A program made the position numbers and the translations under genes. The notes below the pieces were generated by a model. The model was not told the DNA's origin. It made no database searches and worked only from the letters and a program-made list of their open reading frames with translations. From the IMG/VR virus record IMGVR_UViG_3300024346_006382: DNA of 20,000 nt. One strand, written 5' to 3'. This DNA comes from an uncultured virus (IMG/VR IMGVR_UViG_3300024346_006382). Taxonomy: Duplodnaviria; Heunggongvirae; Uroviricota; Caudoviricetes. This document shows, one piece after another, positions 1-9,067 of this stretch; positions within the stretch are counted from its first letter, which is position 1; each line of letters begins with the position of its first letter.

Positions 1-3000
1 CCTGTTGTTAAATTGCCTGCAACTAAATTACCTGTAACATTTAATGTACCAGCTATATTAGCACCAGTGCCTGTTATAACTAATGTTGTATTACCAGAAG
101 CAGTAAGATTAATATTACCATTAGCTGATGGAATATTTACATTACTATTACCGTTAGCTAATGCACCAATTAAATTACCTGCACTTAAATTGCCAGTAAC
201 ATCTAAACTACTTAGTGTACCAACACTTGTAATGTTAGGTTGTGCATTCGTATAGACTGTTCCGGCCACTAATGCATTACCTACTTGTCCAGAAACGTTA
301 GCACCTTGAATGTTACTTAAGTTATTACCTGCACCACTAAAGAAATTAGCTGTTGCTAAATTACCCAAGTTAGCATTACCACTAGATATGTTACCAGTGA
401 CTGTTAAACTTGTCAGTATACCAACACTTGTAATATTTGCCTGTGCATTAGATGTTACTGTTCCAGCAGTTGATGCACTACTTACTGTACCGGTAACATT
501 AGCACCTTGAATGTTACTTAAGTTGTTACCACTTCCAATAAAGAAGTTAGCTGTTGCCGCATTGCCTAAATCAGCATTACCAGATGATATGTTACCTGTT
601 ACAGCTAAACTTGTTAGTGTACCAACTGACGTAATATTAGGTTGAGCATTTGTCGTTAAGTTACCAGTAAACGTATTAGCACTAACGTTATTAGCACCAG
701 TTAAGTTACCACCTGCGCCACCACCTAAGCTCAAGCTACCACTAATATTTGCATATCCAGTAATATTTGCGCCTGTACCAGTTACAACCAATATATTTGC
801 ATTACCAGCTACGCTTGTTGTTACATTACCACCAGCAGTTGCAATTGCAACATTACTGTTACCATTTGATACGCCAGCTGTTCCAATTGTTATAAATGAC
901 AATGTACCAGAACCGTCTGTACTTAGTACTTGTCCACTAGTACCGCCTGTAATATGTACATTACCAACTGGTCCTAATGCTACATTACTTGCACCAATAA
1001 AGTTAGCAGTACCTGTACTTGTTATACCAGTTAGTGTTCCAACACTAGTGATATTTGGCTGAGCATTTGTATAGACAGTGCCTGCTACTAAGGCATTAGC
1101 TACTTGACCAGATACATTTGCACCTGCTACAGCGTTAGCTGTTGCCGCAAAAGATACTTCTCCGGATACGTTAGCACCCTGAATGTTACTTAAGCTATTA
1201 CCTGCACCACTAAAGAAATTAGCTGTTGCTACGTTACCCAAGTTAGCATTACCAGAAACTGCCAAAGTTGTTAATGTACCAACACTTGTAATGTTAGGTT
1301 GTGCCGCTGTTGTTAGTGTACCAGTGAAGAAGTTTGCACTTACTAAGTTTGCACCAGTAATGTTACCACCTGATCCACCACCTGCAACAATATTACCTGC
1401 AGTTAAGTTGCCAGTAACATTTCCGTCACCGTTAACTAATATGCCTGTACCAGTTACTACTAATATATTAGCATTGCCAGCTACACTAGTTGTTACGTTG
1501 CCACCGGCTGTTGCAATTGCAACATTACTGTTACCGTTTGATACACCGGCTGTACCGATCGTAATAAATGATAGTCCACCAGCACCATTTGTACTTAGTA
1601 CTTGTCCACTAGTACCACCAGTGATTGCTACATTACCAACTGATCCTAAATTAGATAAACCTGTTACTGTTAACCCAGTCAATGAACCAACGCTTGTTAC
1701 GTTAGGTTGTGCCGCAGTTGTTAGTGTACCAGTTAGTAAACTAGCACCAATTGTTCCTGCGTTAGCATATACGTTACCACTTGTAGTATTACCAGTTACT
1801 GCTAAACTTGTTAATGTGCCAACACTTGTTAAACTTGAATTTACAATTGTTGCGGCAAGAGTTGTACCAGTTAAGTTAGCCGCATTAGCAGTAATAGCAA
1901 CATTAGCTGCCGCAGATAATTGGCCTTGACTGTTAACTGTGAATGTAGCATTATAGTCACCGTTACCGTATGCTCCTGCTGTTACAGTTGTGTTAGCAAT
2001 GCTAAATTCAGTACCGTTTAATGCTAATCCAGTACCTGCAGTATATGTACCAGCACCACTGAACTGTACCCAAACAACTGGACTTGTACCAACTGTAGTA
2101 ACTGGGTCAGGCATTACCCAACCAGTATTGTCATACAATGTACCTGCAGTAACGAATGTGAAGTCACCACCTGCCATTTCAGTAGGAGTATTAAAGTCTG
2201 CTGAACGTGTTAGTACTGTACTGCTTGTAACATCATATATACCGTTATTTGCGGCAGTTACTTCGTTCTTAACAAGAATACGCATACCAACTGACAATGT
2301 AACACCATCAATAGTTGTGAATGTTCCTGTTGTCGTTAATGTTGCACCAACACCACTTGTACCATTGTTATATGTAACAGTACCGCCTGAAATACTTGCT
2401 AATGTAGTTTGTGTTGCGGCGTTACAACTATCGTGTGTATGTAGACCTTGAGCAACGTCATCAACATATTGTTTTGTTGCGGCATCTGTACTTGCTAAAG
2501 GAGTAGCAACATTAGATATTATAAAGTTACCAACGTTAACTGTACCAGTACCTGTTGGTGTTAAGTTAACATTTTGGTTTGATCCAACTGCAGTGATTGT
2601 TACACTTGCTGTTTTACCAACAATTAAATCTGTTACTACATTTGCGCTAGTTTCGATGTTACCTGTAGCAGTTACTATACCACCAGTTGTTAAATTACCA
2701 CCTGATACGTTACCAGTTGCAACAACTAATCCAGCTGTACCAATATTACCAATGTTAGCATTACCAGTTACACTTAAGTTACCAGCTGTTGTTAAGTTAC
2801 CACCAGAGACATTTCCTGTAGCAGATACTACACCAATTGTTGTAATGTTACCACCAGAAACATTACCAGTTGCTATGATTAAACCTGCAGTACCTAAATT
2901 ACCTACGTTAGCATTACCACTTACACTGAGTGTGGTCATGAATACCGTATTTGATAATGATACACCATTTGCGTTAGAAGAAACACTCTGATCACCAAGT

Positions 3001-4382
3001 GTGATTGTATTTCCAGATAAGAACAAATCTTTCCAATAATTTGTACCATTACCCAAACTATATGTATTACTTACTGAAGGGATTAAGTTACCTTGAACTG
3101 TACCTGAAATTAGTAGATTGCCTATGTTAGCAGTGCCAGTAGTAACTAAGTTTCCACCAGTTACATTACCGGTTGCTACTACTTGTCCGCCTGTGTTTAA
3201 GTTACCAACGTTAGCGTTAGCTGTTGTAGTAATGTTACCGGGAGCAATAAATGCTCCGCTTTGTGCAAATGTCCAAGTATTAGCAATTGTTCCACCTGTA
3301 CCAAGTTGAACAGTTACATTGCCACCACGATTTTGGAATATGTCTGTTTGAGTTGTATCTAATTTAATTCCTGAACCACCAAATGTGCCACCAACAATTT
3401 GTGAAGCACCACCCAATGTGATTTGACCACTTGGTCCAAATTGTGTTGAATTACCAGCACTAGTGATAGCAATGATACCACTAGAAGAACCTAATTCAAT
3501 TCGGGTATCGTTTGTGCTTGCATTTGATACAATATTTGAAGCGAATACAAAACTATTAGCAGTTACGTTTGCACCAGTAATGTTACCAGTTGCGGACACA
3601 ACTCCACCTGTTGTAATATTACCACCAGAGACATTACCTGTCGCAGATACTAAACCAGCTGTTGTTAAATTAGCACCAGAAACATTACCGGTTGCGGACA
3701 CAACTCCACCGGTTATTAAGTTACCTGCAGATACATTACCAGAAGCAGTAACTAGATTACTGGATTTGTTAAATGTAAATGCAGTACTTGTATTAGCATT
3801 TCCATCGTCATTAAACACAACACCTGTATTAGAACCAGGAATAACAATGTTACCACTAATATTACCAACAACGTTACCTATGAAGTTTGCCGCTGTAATA
3901 TTACCGGTTGCTGTAATACCACCATTTGCACCACTAGGAACAAATGTAACATTAGCGGTACCGTTACCTACGACTAAACCAGTTAATGTTCCAACACTTG
4001 TAACATTTGGCTGATTTGCGGTAGTTAATACACCTGTAACAAAATTAGCAGTTAGTAAGTTACCAGCATTAACATTTGTACCGGCAATATTACCAGTAAC
4101 TGTTAATATATTGGTAGCTTTATCAAACGTAAAGTTTGAAACACCACCAAATTCTCCAGCATCATTGAACTGAACTTGAGTGTTTGACCCTCCGGGTATA
4201 CCACCAATATCCCATGCAGTACCATTCGCATAGAGTAAGTTATTTGTTAGGACGTTTCCCGCAGAAATATTTGCGGTAAACGTCCCGTTATTTGATGTTA
4301 TATCGCCATTAGCTAATATAATATTTGCGGGTACTTCGCCTACCGAGAAGCCTGCTACTGAGTTTAGTGCTTTAATTGCCAT
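1..4382 (-). CDS. Giant repetitive virion fibre/appendage-like protein, partial (>1460 aa; 3' end lies beyond the left edge)
   Basis: ATG at 4382 follows an AAGGA SD and a GATAAATA box. Manual translation begins MAIKALNSVAGFSVGEVPANIILANG, and the same frame still reads ...AGNLTT at position 3. The ORF track lists no stop-terminated minus ORF here, consistent with an open frame. Contains QPN(I/V)TSVGTL repeats, GSNTQVQFND, LIPxxxxxYxLGxxxxxWKDL and a DAATKxYVD...RILVKNE...NGIY domain shared with the two upstream giant ORFs. Confidence 0.85.
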   Translation of the reverse strand, partial: MAIKALNSVAGFSVGEVPANIILANGDITSNNGTFTANISAGNVLTNNLLYANGTAWDIGGIPGGSNTQVQFNDAGEFGGVSNFTFDKATNILTVTGNIAGTNVNAGNLLTANFVTGVLTTANQPNVTSVGTLTGLVVGNGTANVTFVPSGANGGITATGNITAANFIGNVVGNISGNIVIPGSNTGVVFNDDGNANTSTAFTFNKSSNLVTASGNVSAGNLITGGVVSATGNVSGANLTTAGLVSATGNVSGGNITTGGVVSATGNITGANVTANSFVFASNIVSNASTNDTRIELGSSSGIIAITSAGNSTQFGPSGQITLGGASQIVGGTFGGSGIKLDTTQTDIFQNRGGNVTVQLGTGGTIANTWTFAQSGAFIAPGNITTTANANVGNLNTGGQVVATGNVTGGNLVTTGTANIGNLLISGTVQGNLIPSVSNTYSLGNGTNYWKDLFLSGNTITLGDQSVSSNANGVSLSNTVFMTTLSVSGNANVGNLGTAGLIIATGNVSGGNITTIGVVSATGNVSGGNLTTAGNLSVTGNANIGNIGTAGLVVATGNVSGGNLTTGGIVTATGNIETSANVVTDLIVGKTASVTITAVGSNQNVNLTPTGTGTVNVGNFIISNVATPLASTDAATKQYVDDVAQGLHTHDSCNAATQTTLASISGGTVTYNNGTSGVGATLTTTGTFTTIDGVTLSVGMRILVKNEVTAANNGIYDVTSSTVLTRSADFNTPTEMAGGDFTFVTAGTLYDNTGWVMPDPVTTVGTSPVVWVQFSGAGTYTAGTGLALNGTEFSIANTTVTAGAYGNGDYNATFTVNSQGQLSAAANVAITANAANLTGTTLAATIVNSSLTSVGTLTSLAVTGNTTSGNVYANAGTIGASLLTGTLTTAAQPNVTSVGSLTGLTVTGLSNLGSVGNVAITGGTSGQVLSTNGAGGLSFITIGTAGVSNGNSNVAIATAGGNVTTSVAGNANILVVTGTGILVNGDGNVTGNLTAGNIVAGGGSGGNITGANLVSANFFTGTLTTAAQPNITSVGTLTTLAVSGNANLGNVATANFFSGAGNSLSNIQGANVSGEVSFAATANAVAGANVSGQVANALVAGTVYTNAQPNITSVGTLTGITSTGTANFIGASNVALGPVGNVHITGGTSGQVLSTDGSGTLSFITIGTAGVSNGNSNVAIATAGGNVTTSVAGNANILVVTGTGANITGYANISGSLSLGGGAGGNLTGANNVSANTFTGNLTTNAQPNITSVGTLTSLAVTGNISSGNADLGNAATANFFIGSGNNLSNIQGANVTGTVSSASTAGTVTSNAQANITSVGILTSLTVTGNISSGNANLGNLATANFFSGAGNNLSNIQGANVSGQVGNALVAGTVYTNAQPNITSVGTLSSLDVTGNLSAGNLIGALANGNSNVNIPSANGNINLTASGNTTLVITGTGANIAGTLNVTGNLVAGNLTT

Positions 4383-4403
4383 TTTGTTGTGTCCTTATAA
4401 ATG

Positions 4404-4424
4404 TATTTATCTTTTTCCTATTTA
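4404..4424 (-). promoter_or_regulatory. Tandem T4-late-type promoter boxes (CCTAAATA and GATAAATA) upstream of the 4382 gene
   Basis: Minus strand reads CCTAAATAGGAAAAAGATAAATACATTTATAAGGACACAACAAAATG. The TAAATA core recurs upstream of most genes in the window. Confidence 0.6.
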
Positions 4425-4436
4425 GGTACTGGTTGA

Positions 4437-7400
4437 TTAGACCAAATACTTAGATATTAGCATGTTGTATTCTGTTAGATTTGAAGAATCCGGAGTAACT
4501 ACTAGATCCAACGTTGGCGTCGGTCCACTCCCATTATACACTACACTAAAACTCCCTACCCCACCGTTTATATACAATCCGCCATATTCGTTGAACGCTA
4601 CCGTCGTATTTAATATGGCCGCTGATATCTTACACGTTTGTCTTGTATTACCTGTCGCATCTGTTGCAATAATCGTAAAATCAATTGCTGACAAATCTGC
4701 AGCCGTATAAGACCACAGTACTTGATTATTAGATGTACTTGCTGTTGTAGCAAAATACACAGAGGTTGAATAGAATGCATATATTCCATAACCCATCTGA
4801 AACGTATTTGCTACTAAATGTCCTGATACATCCAAACTTGTTAATGTACCAACACTTGTTATATTTGGTTGTGCATTCGTTGTTAATGTACCTGTGATAT
4901 AATTAGCACTTACTAAATTACCACCAGTAATACTACCACCTGCTCCCGAACCTGCATTGATGTTACCTGTACTTACATTACCAGTTACATCCAACGTTGT
5001 TAATGTTCCTACACTTGTTATATTAGGTTGTGCATTAGTTGTTAGTGTACCTGTTAATAAGTTAGCACCAATTGTGCCACTATTAGCATATACATTACCC
5101 CCTGTAATATTACCGGTAACGGTTAGACTAGTTAATGTACCTGTACTTGTTATATTTGGTTGTGCCGCAGTTGTTAGTACGCCGACTAGTAAACTAGCAC
5201 CAATTGTGCCACTATTAGCATACACATTACCACTAACTGTATTACCTGTTACTGTTAAACTTGTTAATGTTCCAACACTTGTTATGTTAGGTTGTGCATT
5301 TGTATACACTGTACCGGCAACTAACGCATTACCCACTTGACCAGAGACATTTGCCCCTGCTACACTATTAGCAGTTGTTGCAAACGTTGCTAAATTAGCC
5401 GTTCCATAGAAGTTACCGATAAAGTAATTAGCTGTTGCGGCGTTGCCTAAATTAGCATTAGTTGCAGTTAAGTTACCATTAGCATTTAAGGTGCCTGCAA
5501 CATTAACCCCTGTACCAGTTACAATTACAATATTTGCATTACCGGCGCTAGATATATTAACATTTCCATTTGCGACCGGTATGCTTATATTACTATTACC
5601 ATTACTAATTCCTGTACCTGTTGGGATAGCCGCCCAAGATAATGTTCCTGATCCATTTGTTTGTAAATAATAACCGCTAGTACCACCTGTAATTGTTACA
5701 TTACCCACTGGTCCTAAATTACTTGTACCTGATACATTTAGTGAGGTTAATGTACCAACACTCGTTATGTTTGGCTGTGCATTAGTTGTTAGTGTACCAG
5801 TAAAATAATTAGCACTTACTAGATTAGCTCCAGTAATATTACCGCCGGTACCTAAACCTGCACTGATATTTCCTGTACTTAAATTACCGGTACTTACATT
5901 ACCGGTTACAGCCAAAGTTGTTAGTGTACCAACACTAGTTATGTTAGGCTGTGCATTTGTATATACTGTTCCGGCTACTAATGCATTAGCTACTTGTCCA
6001 GTAACATTAGCGGCTGTAATTGAGGTTAAACCAGAGCCATTACCAGTAAACACACCTGTATTTGCTGTAATATTTGCGGCAGTTATGTTACCATTAACAT
6101 TCAATCCTGTTAGTGTACCAACAGATGTAACGTTTGGTTGTGCATTCGTTGTTAATGTACCAGTTAATAAGTTAGCACCAATTGTGCCACTATTAGCATA
6201 TACATTACCACTAGTAGTATTACCTGTTACTGCTAAACTAATTAGTGTACCGACACTTGTTAAACTAGAAGTAACTACTGATGAATTTAATGTCGTGCCA
6301 GTTAAGTTAGCGGCATTTGCAGTAATAGCAGTATTAGAAGAGGCAGTTAATTGTCCTTGACCGTTAACGGTAAACGTTGCAACTCTATCTCCGTTACCAT
6401 ATGATCCTGCGGTTACCGCTGTGTTAGAAATACTAAATGTAGTACCGGTTAATGTTAATCCAGTACCGGCTTCATACACTTGTGACGTATTAAATACGGC
6501 AAATGTGATATTTGATGTACCAAATGTAATAGTACCTACCGGTGCACTTACAATAAATCCAACTCCCTCATTAACGATACCGCCGGTTGTAAAGAAGAAG
6601 TCATTTATACTTAATTGTTCTGTACTATCTGGTCCGTATTCATCAGCATCAGTAGCACGTACAATAGCCGTCGTATTAGCATATGTGTAAACGCCATTCC
6701 ATGTAGCATTTGCTTCGTCTTTAACTAAAATACGAGTTCCAATAGTTTGAACATTGGCCCCGTCAATATTTAAATATGTACCGGTAGTACTAATATATGC
6801 GCCAATGCCATTACTAGCTCCATTAGGTGAATTATATGCTGTTGTACCACCTGTAGCAATTGCTAGAGTAGTTGTAGTTGCTGCCAATACTGGTTGATGA
6901 TAAGCAATACCACTTGATACCATTGTATCAACATATGCTTTGGTTGCCGCATCTGTACTAATACTTGGATACCCAACATTGTTTATCCAATTTGTATTTA
7001 AATTAACATTACCACTAAATGAGCCTGTGCCTGTAGCAATAAAGTTATTTGTACCCAGGTTACCTGTATTAGCATTACCAGATACATTTAAGCTCGTTAA
7101 TGTTCCAACACTTGTGATATTAGGTTGAGCATTTGTTGTTAATGTACCCGTAAATGTATTAGCAGATACATTATTTGCACCTGATATATTACCACCGGAT
7201 CCTGTTGTACTGATATTACCAAAAGTACCATTACCAGTAGCTACAACTACTCCGGTAGTTGTTAAGTTGCCACCGGCTACATTACCTGTTACAGTTAAAC
7301 TTGTTAATGTACCGACACTTGTAATATTAGGTTGTGACGCTTCTGTAACATTACCTGCATAGTTTGCAAAGTTAGCAGTTACAGCAGTAGTTACATTACC

Positions 7401-9065
7401 AGTAATGTTGCTACCTTGAATGTTACTTAGATTATTACCACTACCAATAAAGTAACTAGCAGTAGCCGCGTTACCTAAGTTAGCATTTCCTGCTGACAAG
7501 TTACCAGTTATATCTAAACTTGTTAATGTACCAACACTTGTGATATTAGGTTGTGATGCTTCGGTAATGTTACCTGCGTAGTTTGCAAAATTAGCAGTTA
7601 TTGCACTTGTGACATTACCAATTACGTTACTACCCTGAATGTTGCTTAATAGGCCGCCGTCACCTGAAAAGAAATTAGCAATAACTAAGTTGCCTAAATT
7701 AGCATTACCTGCTGTCAAGTTACCAGTTATATCTAAACTTGTTAATGTACCAACACTTGTAATGTTTGGTTGAGCATTAGCAGTTACTGTACCTGCTGTT
7801 ACCGAATTGCCAGCTGCCACATTAGTTAGTAATCCACCGTCACCTGAGAAGAAATTAGCAGTAGCTAAATTACCTAAATTAGCATTTAATGATAGTAAGT
7901 TACCATTGATATTTGCAGTTGATGCTATTAGATTACCACTAAATGTATTAGCTGATACTACGTTTGCACCAGTGATATTTCCACTAGCGCCAGTTGTTGA
8001 TATGTTACCAAAAGATCCGTTGCCTGATACTGCTAAACTTGTTAGTGTACCGACACTTGTAATGTTTGACTGTGCGGCTACTGTAACATTACCTGCGTAG
8101 TTTGCAAAATTAGCAGTTATTGCACTTGTGACATTACCAATTACGTTACTACCCTGAATGTTGCTTAATAGGCCACCGTCACCCGAGAAGAAGTTAGCAG
8201 TAACCAAATTACCTAAGTTTGCGTTACCACCGGTAATATTACCAGTAACATCTAAACTAATTAATGTACCAACACTGGTAATATTTGGTTGAGCATTAGC
8301 AGTGACTGTACCTGCAGATACTGCATTACTAGCGGCTACTCCAGTTAGTTGACTACCATTACCAATAAAGAAACTTGCTGTAATATTAGCATTACTTGTT
8401 AATGCTGAACTTACTTGAACGATGCCGTTGCCATCTGGGGTTAATATTATATTACCATTAGCAGATGTACTAGTAATTGTCGTGCCATTAATATTTAAAT
8501 TACCAATATTAGTATCGCTTGGTAAGTTTGTAACACCAACTAGACCTACATATCTATATCCTACAATATATAGTACCTTGCCAGAAGTCAATGGTGCAGG
8601 TATTGTTTCACCAATGAAGTTTAATACACCTGATTGGTAGTTATAATAATATTGTCCTGTTCCACCTGAACCATCTGCAAAGATTTGTGTACCAGTACTT
8701 GTCGGGTTAGCAACGCCTGGATTATCTACCCAAACTTGTACATTATACGTTGCACCAAATTCTGATGGGATCCAATATATTAAATTAGTTTTCCATGTAG
8801 GATAAATGCCACCAACTGGTACAGTTGTGTTATCTGCTACAGTTTCTACTGCACTTGCACCGGTATATGCTTGAACGACCCCAGCTAATGCGGCTGCAGT
8901 AGCAGGGATTTGGTCAGATTGTGTCCATTGTGTATCACCACGAATTAATGACGGGCTAGGAATACTTTCGTTACTTGGACTCTTGTTAGTAGCCGTATCG
9001 GTTTTAGTAACACCAAATGCTTCTTTGAATAATAAGTCAACGATTTGTGATTGTGATACAGCCAT
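4437..9065 (-). CDS. Giant repetitive virion fibre/appendage-like protein (1542 aa)
   Basis: Long ORF with a non-repetitive ~180-aa N-terminal domain, many AQPNITSVGTLTSL repeats and ANxFxG(N/D)GxxLxx repeats. It also has a central DAATKAYVD...RILVKDE...WNGVY domain and a ~105-aa C-terminal beta-rich domain (...AFNEYGGL...LDLVVTP...). Starts 2 nt after the upstream stop, suggesting translational coupling. Confidence 0.85.
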   Translation of the reverse strand: MAVSQSQIVDLLFKEAFGVTKTDTATNKSPSNESIPSPSLIRGDTQWTQSDQIPATAAALAGVVQAYTGASAVETVADNTTVPVGGIYPTWKTNLIYWIPSEFGATYNVQVWVDNPGVANPTSTGTQIFADGSGGTGQYYYNYQSGVLNFIGETIPAPLTSGKVLYIVGYRYVGLVGVTNLPSDTNIGNLNINGTTITSTSANGNIILTPDGNGIVQVSSALTSNANITASFFIGNGSQLTGVAASNAVSAGTVTANAQPNITSVGTLISLDVTGNITGGNANLGNLVTANFFSGDGGLLSNIQGSNVIGNVTSAITANFANYAGNVTVAAQSNITSVGTLTSLAVSGNGSFGNISTTGASGNITGANVVSANTFSGNLIASTANINGNLLSLNANLGNLATANFFSGDGGLLTNVAAGNSVTAGTVTANAQPNITSVGTLTSLDITGNLTAGNANLGNLVIANFFSGDGGLLSNIQGSNVIGNVTSAITANFANYAGNITEASQPNITSVGTLTSLDITGNLSAGNANLGNAATASYFIGSGNNLSNIQGSNITGNVTTAVTANFANYAGNVTEASQPNITSVGTLTSLTVTGNVAGGNLTTTGVVVATGNGTFGNISTTGSGGNISGANNVSANTFTGTLTTNAQPNITSVGTLTSLNVSGNANTGNLGTNNFIATGTGSFSGNVNLNTNWINNVGYPSISTDAATKAYVDTMVSSGIAYHQPVLAATTTTLAIATGGTTAYNSPNGASNGIGAYISTTGTYLNIDGANVQTIGTRILVKDEANATWNGVYTYANTTAIVRATDADEYGPDSTEQLSINDFFFTTGGIVNEGVGFIVSAPVGTITFGTSNITFAVFNTSQVYEAGTGLTLTGTTFSISNTAVTAGSYGNGDRVATFTVNGQGQLTASSNTAITANAANLTGTTLNSSVVTSSLTSVGTLISLAVTGNTTSGNVYANSGTIGANLLTGTLTTNAQPNVTSVGTLTGLNVNGNITAANITANTGVFTGNGSGLTSITAANVTGQVANALVAGTVYTNAQPNITSVGTLTTLAVTGNVSTGNLSTGNISAGLGTGGNITGANLVSANYFTGTLTTNAQPNITSVGTLTSLNVSGTSNLGPVGNVTITGGTSGYYLQTNGSGTLSWAAIPTGTGISNGNSNISIPVANGNVNISSAGNANIVIVTGTGVNVAGTLNANGNLTATNANLGNAATANYFIGNFYGTANLATFATTANSVAGANVSGQVGNALVAGTVYTNAQPNITSVGTLTSLTVTGNTVSGNVYANSGTIGASLLVGVLTTAAQPNITSTGTLTSLTVTGNITGGNVYANSGTIGANLLTGTLTTNAQPNITSVGTLTTLDVTGNVSTGNINAGSGAGGSITGGNLVSANYITGTLTTNAQPNITSVGTLTSLDVSGHLVANTFQMGYGIYAFYSTSVYFATTASTSNNQVLWSYTAADLSAIDFTIIATDATGNTRQTCKISAAILNTTVAFNEYGGLYINGGVGSFSVVYNGSGPTPTLDLVVTPDSSNLTEYNMLISKYLV
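7570..8174. repeat. Perfect 86-bp direct repeat (7570-7655 and 8089-8174) inside the 1542-aa gene
   Basis: ttacctgcgtag...cttaataggcc is identical in both copies, which are offset by 519 bp (173 codons). A perfect 45-bp repeat also occurs at 7497-7541 and 7716-7760. Confidence 0.9.
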
Positions 9066-9067
9066 AA

